Assembly: GCF_003918875.1 (NCBI RefSeq)
Contig: NW_025766337.1
Location: 186,001 to 250,000 of the forward strand
Direction: 5' to 3'
Length of the DNA: 64,000 bases
Origin: Haliotis rubra
Taxonomy: Eukaryota
Below the pieces are notes generated by a model, which was not told the origin of the DNA, ran no database searches, and was given only the letters and a program-made list of their open reading frames with translations. How positions within the stretch are numbered: position 1 is the first letter of the stretch; each line of letters begins with the position of its first letter. Shown piece by piece: positions 12,574-25,100 of the stretch. The translations under genes and the position numbers were made by a program.

Positions 12574-13084
12574 ATCCCATGTCTAATAGACACACATATC
12601 CTTCTGAAGACAACATAAAGGAACAAGTTTCAAAGACAGAAACACAATCTATCACATTTACTCAGTAATATACACTGTCATATATACACCAGTTTTCATC
12701 CATGAATCAGTGAAATGTATCAAGAACATGGGACGATCATGCTGACGACTTAACAGTACTTTTCAACTGCATTTAGGATGAAGTACGTGAAAGTTCTGAA
12801 ATTATTCTGTGCACATGTGAAACACTGTGATCATTATTTCCATTCCCAAACTGACTTGTTAGTTCTGTACAAGGCACTACAACCAGTCCCAGGCTGACAG
12901 GGTTCATCAGTGCTCCAGACGCTGCTGCAGATGTCCTGCATCACAGGGTCCTGCATCAACAGCAGCATCATATTCTCAGATTTCGAAGGAAACACTAAAT
13001 GACTCCCAGATTCTAGCTCGAGCAGGAACATTTGTTTTGTGGTTCACATTATCACAGTTCCAGTGTGATCAATGTGTAGCTGCT

Positions 13085-13168
13085 TCATGCTGTCAGCTTC
13101 TTCTTCTTCCTCTTCTCCTGCTTTTCTGACTTCTCAATCTTCTCCCTTTTCTCCTGCAGCACACGAGC
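13085..13168 (-). CDS. PES1: PES1 exon 17 (terminal)
   Basis: ttccag|[27 protein letters not shown]. Confidence 0.9.
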   Translation of the reverse strand, partial: ARVLQEKREKIEKSEKQEKRKKKKLTA

Positions 13169-16100
13169 CTGGAACAAAAGTACAGTGAGTGAGTGAGTGG
13201 AAGAGAGGGATGAGTTGGATGTTGTGTGTGCAACTGGATGGCAGCACGTTCAGTAGCCTCCTGTCCCTACATGGATCCCTCCTACAGCCTCCCGTCCATA
13301 CACGGACCCCACCTACAGCCTCCTGACACAGACTTGTCCCATAGTCTCCCATCAATACATGGACACGTCCTACAGCCTCATGTCCCTACACGGACCCCAC
13401 CTACAGCCTCCTGACACAGACTTGTCCCATAGTCTCCCATCAATACATGGACACGTCCTACAGCCTCATGTCCCTACACGGACCCCACCTACAGCCTCCT
13501 GACACAGACTTGTCCCATAGTCTCCCATCAATACATGGACACGCCCTACAGCCTCATGTCCCTACACGGACCCCACCTACAGCCTCCTGACACAGACTTG
13601 TCCCATAGTCTCCCATCAATACATGGACACGTCCTACAGCCTCATGTCCCTACACGGACCCCACCTACAGCCTCCTGACACAGACTTGTCCCATAGTCTC
13701 CCATCAATACATGGACACGTCCTAAAGCCTCATGTCCCTACACGGACCCCACCTACAGAGTCCTGACACAGACTTGTCCCATAGTCTCCCATCAATACAT
13801 GGACACGTCCTACAGCCTCATGTCCCTACACGGACCCCACCTACAGCCTCCTGACACAGACTTGTCCCATAGTCTCCCATCAATACATGGACACGTCCTA
13901 AAGCCTCATGTCCCTACACGGACCCCACCTACAGCCTCCTGACACAGACTTGTCCCATAGTCTCCCATCAATACATGGACACGTCCTACAGCCTCATGCC
14001 CATACATGGACACGTCCTAAAGCCTCATGTCCGTACATGGATTCCTCCTACAGCCTCCCGTCCCCACACGGACCCCACCTACAGCCTCCTGACACAGACT
14101 TGTCCCATAGTCTCCCATCAATACATGGATCCCTCCTACAGCCTCCATGGATCCCTCCTACACACCTCCTGCTTCTGCTTCTTGCGTTTATACATGATCT
14201 TCTGGTACAGTCGCTTCTTCTTTTTGGGAATCATCATCTCTGCCAGACGACGCTCCTCGGCCTCCTGTCTCATCAGTTTCGCCTTAACATCCACCTCCTC
14301 CACACGGCCCCGCTGCACAGACATCGGCTTTGCTTTCTACAACACAGTCTCAAGAGTGAGTGATTCCGGGTTTTACCAGTTACAAGATAGCGCATCTTAC
14401 AAACTTGGCTTCAGTAAAGTCCTCGGACTTCAACTGTTCTACATAAGTTCTCTCTTACAGTTTTTGATGATCACAACACAGTGTGTGAGCATCAGGTTTC
14501 ACGTAGGCAGTCTGTACTACACTGAAATTATATCAGTTAATTGTGTTTTGTGTCTACATATAGTGAATTAGTGACGTGTCATAATACAGTCTGCACCCAC
14601 CTTCACCTCTGGTTCAGGCTTCTTCTTCTTGGCCTTGCTGGGACTCTCTGCAACAAGGTGTGAGTAAGTGTGTTTAGTATTACGCCACTTTTAGAAATAT
14701 TCCAGCAATATCATGGCGGGGGACACACACTGTATCCATGTGGGGAATCGAACCTGGGTCTTCCGTGTGATGAGTTTAGTTTTATGCTGCTTTCAGCAAT
14801 ATTCCAGCAATATCCCGGCTGCGACCAACCATTGGAATACTATTGAAATAGTTTTTTTTCTCCTTGAATTGTCTCATTTTAAGTAATTTCGTTGTATGTA
14901 TAATCGGGGTACAACGCCACACGACCAGGCTTGTAATATGATTGGGATGCAGAGTTAAAGCGTGTGTCAATTAACTTTGCATGTCTTTATCAAAGGCCAC
15001 AGACGTGTGAACATAAGACCTGTCATGACATTTCCATAGGGTAACCATTTCAGGATGAGAGTTAAATTAAAACTTGCAGCTGACTACCAATGGTGACTGA
15101 CTAATTTACAGTTCTAGTTATCAACATCACATGGAAGGCTGCTTGTACAAACGTCACAGATGTTCATACAGTGATCTACCAGTCTGACATCTGGGCCCAG
15201 GTACACTGGCTGGATGGCTGGTTGGTTGTATAACGCCACACTCAGCAATATTTTTAAGCTATTTGGTGGCAGTCTGTAAATAATTGAGTCTGGACCAGAC
15301 AATCCAGTGATCAACTGAATGAGCATCGATCTACGCAAATGGGGTACGATGACATGTGTTAACCAAGTCAGTGAGTCCGACCACCCGATCCTGTTAGACA
15401 CCTCTTATGACAAGCATGGGTTGCTGAAGACCAATTCTAACCCGATCTTCACAGGTCTCCCAGGTATGCAGTTCTAGGTGTTTTAGTTGCTAAACAGACA
15501 AAATTCAAAAGTTTATTCTTCTTGTGAAATAGTTATTAATCTTGACCTTGTTCAAGTTCAATAACACCACAGCTGCACAATTTTGTATGTGCTCATGGAA
15601 CTTGAACCTGAAGGTCAAGGTCAGTATCTATTATTGTACCCTACTGGAGCATATTTTGTCTTCAGTGACCTCACCTTCTTCATCTGAATCTTCCTCTTCA
15701 TCATCGTCTTCCTCCTCTCCATCATCTTCCTCCTCTCCATCATCTTCCTCCCCAGACTCATCATCTTCTTCTTCATCACTGCGTTCATTGTCCTCACCTT
15801 CTTCATCGCTTTCTTCTTCTCCATCCCCCTTGTCTTCATCCTCTTCATCGTCTTCATCCTCATCTTCTGACTCATCCCCAACACCTGGGCACATAGAGTA
15901 GGAGTGTCTTAACAGATATACAACACACAGACTGACTGACTGACTGACTGACTGACTGACTGACTGACTGACTGACTGACTGACTGACTGACTGACTGAC
16001 TGACTGACTGACTGACTGATATATTCAGCAATATTCCAGCTATATGGCGGTGGTCAGTAATTAATCAAGTCTGGAGCCGACATTCCAGTGATGAACATCA

Positions 16101-19100
16101 TGAGTCATACGATGACGTGTCAACCAAGTCAGCGAGCCTGATGACCCGATCCCATTAGTTGCCTCTTACGACAGGCATGGTTACTGAAGACCAATTCTAA
16201 CCCGGATCTTCACAGGTCCCTTCATTCTGCGGCTAAGAAGGGGAACATATACTCTTCACACAAACTGTGTGGACAGCCATGCCTCCTACCTGAATCAACT
16301 CCTTTCTGCTTGTCAAGGATCTTCTGTTTTTCTGGTGGAATGTAGTCCCCTTCGTCTTCATCCACAAATGGTGAGAGATGAGGTGGTAACACTACGCCGA
16401 TAAAGTAGTCCTCCACTGGGAGGAGCATGCAGGCATTCACACTGTCGAAAACCCACTGGGGTTGGATGTAGTACCTGGGGAAATATACCGTATATATTGT
16501 TTGTCGTGTACCCAAATATACCCACTGGGGTTGGATGTAGTACCTGGGGAAATACACCGTATATATCGTTTGCCGTGTACCCAAATATACCCACTGGGGC
16601 TGGATGTAGTACCTGGGGAAATATACCGTATATATCGTTTGACGTGTACCCAAATATACCCACTGTGGTTGGATGTAGTACCTGGGGAAATATACCGTAT
16701 ATATCGTTTGTCAGGTACCCAAATATACCCACTGGGGTTGGATGTAGTACCTGGGGAAATATACCGTATATATCGTTTGTCGTGTACCCAAATATACCCA
16801 CTGGGGTTGGATGTAGTACCTGGGGAACAAGTGTAGAAGTGAGCACAGCTCACATACCCCCCCGCTTCCCACTTTGGGACATGGAAATGACTGATATTGA
16901 TATATATAATGTGACAAGGATCAGCAGCTCACAAGACTTTCTCCTTGACTCTACTAAACTTTATATACATGTTAGATAATAGTTTTGCCATGTACTGATT
17001 ACAGTAATAATTTATTTTTGTGTTTTCCGTGGAAACCTGACATACAATTGAACTTGTTGCACTATATGAAGTGGACTTAGATGAAGATTGTTATTTTTTA
17101 GCACATGGCATATCTGTGGGTCATGATTAACTTGTGTGTTTAGTTTGGTGAACCTAGCATGTATAGTTTCGATGATATGCTGTGGCCAGGTAACCATCAA
17201 ACACATTTTGCACCAAGACATGTTTCCATGGAAACAACAACAAAACAAATTCGGAAAAAACTTTAATATAGCAAAAGGCACATCAATGGGTAATGATTAA
17301 CATGTGTGTGAAGTTGGGTGAACCTAGCATGTAAACTTTAAGAGATATGCTCCGGACAAAACCATCAAATACATTTGGCACTAAGTCGTGTTTCCATGGA
17401 AACAGCAAAAAAATAAATAAATCTGAAAAAGAATTAAAAAAGCAAAAGGCATATCAATGGGTAATGATTAACGTGTGTGTGAAGTTTGGTGAACCTAGCA
17501 TGTAAACTTTAAGAGATATGCTCTGGACAAAGTTTCGGGATGGACGGATGGACGGACGGACAGAATGAACGCTATATACCCCCGTTACTTCGTAGCGGGG
17601 TTATAAATATACTGTATATATCGTATATCGTGTACCCAAATATACCCACTGGGGTTGGATATAGTACCTGGGGAAATATACTGTATATATCATATGTCGT
17701 GTACCCAAATATATCCACTGGGGTTGGATGTAGTACCTGGGGAAATATACTGTATATATCACATGTCGTGTACCCAAATATATCCACTGGGGTTGGATGT
17801 AGTACCTGGGGAAATATACTGTATATATCACATGTCGTGTACCCAAATATATCCACTGGGGTTGGATGTAGTACCTGGGGAAATATACTGTATATATCAC
17901 ATGTCGTGTACCCAAATATATCCACTGGGGTTGGATGTAGTACCTGGGGAAATGTACTGTATACTGTAAACGTATTATATTTCGCGCAGGTTTTATTTTC
18001 GCGCTTTTCGCGCAAAACATTTTAGCGCGAAAATTTATACACCGCGAATAAACCTGTCATTCATTCAGTCTAGCCACGCTCGCCCCTGAGTTGTTACCAT
18101 AACACATCAAGTTTGAAGACAGAAATCTACGGGAATATTAAAATGACTGATAGTAGCATAAAGAATCATACTTAACTGTCGCTGTAATGTATTTCCCAAA
18201 ACATAATTAAATAATGAGCCAAATCCCATCGCCGAATTAGCGAAAACAGCAATGTGTGTTGTGGCCGCCATGGAAATTGGTCACATGACAGATGGTTTGA
18301 TACAAAACAGATTACCATGAAACGACTCGGAAAGAAATAATACAGCAGTATTTTATTTATTCATTAAGATTTTATTTACCAGTACATCATGAAGCGAATA
18401 GTCACTTAACACTCAATCATCTCATTCACAACAACCCGGCTTGTTTGAAATCACAAAGAGCTTCATATAAAGTAGAAGTTAATTCGTCAGATCGTCAGAA
18501 TTCGGAACATAAGACTGATGTGTTTTTCAGTCTTCCATGAGTAAACGGATTACTGTGTACTAGTATATCGCACAGATAGGGATTTCCTGTGAGTACGCAA
18601 TAAACGCCGCCTGACAGGTTAAGCCACTCTGTTTGTTTTCACTGCTATTAGTGGCGGCCAAAGAGACAGCTGGCAGTTCCGGCAATTACTGATTGCGCGA
18701 ATAATTGACCGCGCGATGTAGTCTAAACTGTCAATTCCGCGAAAATTGCACCACGCGAAAATAAGTACGTTTACAGTATATCATATGTCGTGTACCCAAA
18801 TATATCCACTGGGGTTAGATGTAGTACCTGGGGAAATATACTGTATATATCACATGTCGTGTACCCAAATATATCCACTGGGGTTAGATGTAGTACCTGG
18901 GGAAATATACTGTATATATCATATGTCATTCACCCAAATATATCCACTGGGGTTGGTTGTAGTACCTGGGGAAATATACTGTATATATCATATGTCGTGT
19001 ACCCAAATATATCCACTGGGGTTGGATGTAGTACCTGGGGAAGGATATGCTATCACTGCTGTGTCAAATTTACCCGATATCTACCCCATCAGACTAGATG

Positions 19101-22100
19101 TAGGACCTACTTGGGAGGATACAAATGTTGTGATGTAAGTTGTGTTTCTGTTAATAAATTTCATCAAGAGCCACATCTTCAGATATACTGGCCTCGTAGA
19201 ACTAGGATGCTTGAGCCCTGTAACTTGGGTCCTGTAACTGACTGACTGACTGATTTGGTTTCACGCCGCTTTGAGCAATATTCCAGCAATATCACGGCGG
19301 GGGACACCAGAAATAGGCTTCACACATTGCACCCATGTGGGGAATCAAACCCGGGTCTTCAGTGTGACGAGCGAACACTTTAATCACTACATTACCCCAC
19401 CTCCCCTATTTAAATAAAGCCTTCAGTAGAAAGTCAGCTGTTTACTCACCGAGACAAGTACTGGTTGTCCATCTTGGGTCTGTCAACCACCTGGTGCGTG
19501 ATAGTCTCATCAGTCTCTGGATAAGTAGCCCCAACAGCGATGGAACTGAACCACGACACTTCTCCTCCAAAACACCTGCAATCAACATATCAAAATGCTA
19601 ACCACTGAGTGAGTGAGTGAGTCTGATAAACATCTTTTGTAGAGGAATATGATATGTGACATACATAGACTCGTGACCTATATATACATGTATCTAAAGC
19701 AGTTAGCGGAGACCTCATGGATGATACTGACAATGAAAGCATTGTTTTATGTGAGCATCAGTTTGACTGTGTGGTCTTTATCAATATCTCAGTAGTGTAG
19801 TTGTTTGGTTTATTGAGTAATACCTTCTGCTATCTTTNNNNNNNNNNNNNNNNNNNNNNNNNNNNNNNNNNNNNNNNNNNNNNNNNNNNNNNNNNNNNNN
19901 NNNNNNNNNNNNNNNNNNNNNNNNNNNNNNNNNNNNNNNNNNNNNNNNNNNNNNNNNNNNNNNNNNNNNNNNNNNNNNNNNNNNNNNNNNNNNNNNNNNN
20001 NNNNNNNNNNNNNNNNNNNNNNNNNNNNNNNNNNNNNNNNNNNNNNNNNNNNNNNNNNNNNNNNNNNNNNNNNNNNNNNNNNNNNNNNNNNNNNNNNNNN
20101 NNNNNNNNNNNNNNNNNNNNNNNNNNNNNNNNNNNNNTTAGGAACACTCCAGCAACATCATTGCAAGAGATGCCAGAAATGGGCTTCACATATTGTACCC
20201 ATGTGTGAAATCAAATCCGGGTCTTCTTTAACACCAGCATTGCCCCTACCACCTACCCTGCTATGACCTGGAGGTAAATGGTTAGAAATTATTGGTATTT
20301 TGAATGGGTAACAAGGCATGCCAACAGTCGGTCATCATGTAGTGCTGGTTATAGTTGTGTATTTGTGGACTGACCTGATGATGAAGGTGAGCGTCTCCCT
20401 GGGCACCTCTCTGTTGAGGAAGAACTTGCAGCCTTTAAACAGACTCTGGAGCTTCTTGATGTTGTCTGCTTCCACCTGGGCCTTCTCCACCACGTCTGGG
20501 TCATCAGACTGGAACAGTGAGTGAGTGAGTGAGTGTGGTTTTATGCCACTCTAAGCAATATTCTAGCAATATAACGTCAAGGGACACCGACAATGAACTT
20601 CACACATTGTACCCATGTTAGGAATTGAACCTGTCTTTAATGTGACAAACAAACTCTTTAACAACAGGTACCCGACCGACCTCCCAGAGAGTGTCAGCCA
20701 ACCAAATGTGATTCTATGAGAATAACATAGTACAACAGGGATTAACATAGTACAACAATGATTAACACTGGTGACATTGTGGTAAAGTGGGACAAAATGG
20801 AATACCATCTTAATCTTTTGGAGCCTCACAGTTGAACGTTTTTTTTATTGTCTTTTCAGAAAAACAAATGCGTCAGCCAAAGCATTCATAATTTCATCAT
20901 TTCTTGAACCTGAACCCATGAACCTGATTCAGCAGGGAGATCAACCTGGGTTGTGACACTGACATGTATGGTACTGACAACCTATGGAACGAGAGGTGAT
21001 GCGGAGCTATCAGTCCAACAGTACCGGCACCACTGGGGTGCAGCACTGTCCACCTTTATTACAGACAACATTGTAGACTCCCCAGAACACTCACCACTGC
21101 TGTAGGGAAGTCATCGATCAGGTGATCATCCAGGTCTGGACTTCCCACTGTCTGCAGCGACTGAGTGAATGCTGCCAGACGCTGGAAGAGCAACAGATGA
21201 AACATCACACACACTGAAGACAAAAAGACACACTGAAGTCAAACATCAGACACCGAAGACAAACATCAGACAAACTAAAGACAAAAAGACACACTGAAGT
21301 CAAACATCAGACACTGAAATAAAACATCAGACACTGAAGACAAACATCAGACACACTGAAGACAAACATCAGACACACTGAAGACAAACATCAGACACTG
21401 AAGACAAACATCAGACACTGAAGACAAACATCAGACACACTGAAGACAAACATCAGACACACTGAAGACAAACATCAGACACTGAAGACAAACATCAGAC
21501 ACACTGAAGACAAACAGACACTGAAGACAAACATCAGACACTGAAGACAAACATGACACACTGAAGTCAAACATCAGACACTGAAGACAAACATCAGACA
21601 CTGAAGACAAACATCAGACACACTGAAGACAAACATCAGACACTGAAGACAAACATCAGACACACTGAAGACAAACATCAGACACTGAAGACAAACATCA
21701 GACACACTGAAGACAAACATCAGACACACTGAAGACAAACATCAGACACACTGAAGACAAACATCAGACACACTGAAGACAAACAGACACTGAAGACAAA
21801 CATCAGACACACTGAAGACAAACATCAGACACACTGAAGACAAACATGACACACTGAAGTCAAACATCAGACACTGAAGACAAACATCAGACACACTGAA
21901 GACAAACATCAGACACTGAAGACAAACATCAGACACACTGAAGACAAACATCAGACACTGAAGACAAACATCAGACACACTGAAGACAAACATCAGACAC
22001 ACTGAAGACAAACATCAGACACTGAAGACAAACATCAGACACTGAAGACAAACATCAGACACTAAAGTCAAACATCAGACACTGAAGACAAACATCAGAC

Positions 22101-25100
22101 ACTGAAGACAAACATCAGACACACTGAAGACAAACATCAGACACTAAAGTCAAACATCAGACACTGAAGACAAACATCAGACACACTGAAGACAAACATC
22201 AGACACTGAAGACAAACTGAAAACTCAACTGCTTTATTGATATAAAATACTGTTATGTGACAGCATTCTTCAATGTGTAGCCTTTCTTACAAGGGACACA
22301 ACTCTGTACCTGTGATCGTAAGGGTCGAGCGTTGGCTCTATATTTAGACGTGTACTAGTTTCAGACAGACCTCTGACATGTACTGCAAGGTATAACAACC
22401 TATTGGGCCTTTCCTGCTGACACAGGAGTTGGAGCATCTTCTGCAGCCTTTTCCTTAGATAGCTCTTGCATCTCATCTCACTTTACAGTTACAACAACAC
22501 TTGTATATTCAGGCTAGATTATTTGACAAATATTGACCAGACAATCCAGTGATTGACACTATCAGCATCTATTTATGACTGACATACTACATACATCGAC
22601 AAAGCCATCGAATCTGATCATCTCACGTCATTATAAGCATACTTGCTCAAGACCAAAATGTAACCCCTATATTTCATTTTGGTGTTTCCGCCTTTGTCGG
22701 CAACATCCCAGCATTCCTCACCTCCTCCCGCTGCTCGGACTCGAGGCACTTCTCCTTCGTGTCTTCTTCATTCTTCTCTCCTTCATTCTTCTCTCCTTCC
22801 AGAGCCAGCTGGAACACACACAGTGAGTCAGAGAACTGGATTGGTTGTATCTGGGCCATGTGACCTATCATCACTTACCACTCACACAATATAGTGTGTT
22901 TCAACAGGAACGAATGCCTTCCATCAGTGATTATTTTCTTAATGTATATTCAAAAGAGATAACAGCTCATTCACTCTATTGTTCATTTTATTCAGTGAGT
23001 GAGAGAGTTCAGTTTATCACCGCTTTTAGCAATATTCAGGGGCACCAGAAATGGGTTCACTTTATTGGCAAGATGTCGCATAAAATTAAGACGCAATGTG
23101 CATGTTCACAAAGAAAACAATGGAACAATTGTTCCAATGCTCAGTGAGAACTACTGGATTACAGAATATCTAGACGAGTGTTACAAGGCCGCAAACCAAC
23201 CTCTGGAGGATAGTGAATGTTGTGGGAGCTGTATAACTTGTAGTTGATGAATCCTAATAACGTTGTGTAGAACTCCACAAATATCTGCATGATTTTGAAG
23301 TCAACGTCGGGGGCTTGACCCTAAAAAAATAAAATAAAATGGAAGTGAATAAGATAAGAGTTAAAACAAGAGGACGTGGTCATCAATATCTCCTACTACA
23401 GTGTTCTGTTCCTATTTGGTTCCTGTTCAGTAACTCCACAACGACATTCATGTCCTGAAAACACATACCACATTTAGTTTCCTATCTACAACGGTTTCTG
23501 AGAAAATACGTCCCCATTTGGGATACTGTGCACTAAGTCAAGCAACGAATGACAAGGGCCACAACTCTGTAACAAATTGCAACGCCATTTCCGTTTTTGA
23601 ACTCCATCAAGACATTCATGTCCTGAAAACACATACCAAATTTGGCTTCCCTATCCATGAAAGTTTCTGAAAAAATCTGTCCCCATCATTTCGGATGGAA
23701 GGACAGATGGACAGAAGGAAGGACCGACGGAGCTCAAACCTATATCCCACTTCACTTCATGGCAGGGGGTAATAAAGAGTTCCTACAGACAGACTAAAGC
23801 CTCATATGCTATCACACTTGTATGAGAAATGGTCGACATCAGGTCGACATACACAAGCAGTCATGTCACAACATCTGACCACCCAATCCCCACTTTAGGT
23901 TCATGATTTATGTTGATGTCAGCACTATTCCAGCTATGACAGCACTGACCACCCAATCCCCACTTAGGCTCATGATTTCTGCTGAAGTCAGCAATATTCC
24001 AACCATGACAACAACCTGTATATATAATCAAGACGAGGACAATTAGGTTAAAACAATCGACCAATCACAGAACCACTTTATGCCAATAGTCTCCTGCTAT
24101 GACAGACAGTAGCATGCTACAGTTATATACTGAACACAATGTACATATAGTGACGGTAGAACTGTAGACAGTCAAACGAGTGTACCTGAAAGCCGACCCT
24201 GTGTGGAGTGACCCACGTGATTGTCTGGCCATGGAATTCAGCCTGGTAGTAGATTCCCTTGATGGAGATGAACACCTAAGGAATAACACAATGTCAATAA
24301 CACAACCAGTTCTAACACAACCAGTCAAAACACCACTCTGTAATGCGGTGAAATGCCATCTTTAAAGTATGCTACAGGGCGTACCAATTACATAAAATAT
24401 TCACAAATATATACACAAGTTGACAACATCTTACATTATTAGCAATACTACAGTGGTGAGACATATTGGAGAATGTTTGAAGGAATATTCATTACAGTGA
24501 AATCCAAAAATAGTCTCACACAGTACACACCAGATACTCCCAATTCTTGTGTCAAATCTCACTGATGAAAAGAATTTGTTTCAACAAGCTGACACTATTC
24601 CTTTGCAATACTGCAATATTTTTCCAATATTCATGTCCTACGATTTTTGCCAACAAGAAAATCCAAAACAAACAAACCTTTCTGAGTGACTTTGATGCAA
24701 TCACGAAGTGCATGAACTCCACTGAAACAGACAAACACGTCTCAGTCATGTAAGTTTGGTTTAACGCCACTTTTAGCAGTATTCCAGCAATCACCTGCTC
24801 ACGGCAATATCACCTGCTCACGGCAATATCACCTGCTCACAGCAACATCACCTGCTCACGGCAATATCACCTGCTCACAGCAATATCACCTGCTCATGGC
24901 AATATCACCTGCTCACGGCAATATGCTCACAGCAATATCACCCGCTCACGACAATATCACCTGCTCACAGCAATATCACCTGCTCACGGCAATATCACCT
25001 GCTCACGACAATATCACCTGCTCACAGCAATATCACCTGCTCACGGCAATATGCTCACAGCAATATCACCTGCTCACGGCAATATCACCCGCTCACGGCA

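Larger units (their letters stand above)
16452..19041. repeat. 69-bp tandem array of the PES1 exon-13 acceptor plus first 22 exon nt; 15 copies, split by two TE insertions
   Basis: ttccccag|GTACTACATCCAACCCCAGTGG copies begin (minus strand) at 16474, 16543, 16612, 16681, 16750, 16819, 17667, 17736, 17805, 17874, 17943, 18827, 18896, 18965, 19034. Confidence 0.95.

Noticed and set aside
15542-15901. Plus-strand poly-Ser ORF
   Set aside because: Antisense shadow of the PES1 acidic exon.
19801-20208. ORFs spanning the N run
   Set aside because: Artefacts of the assembly gap.
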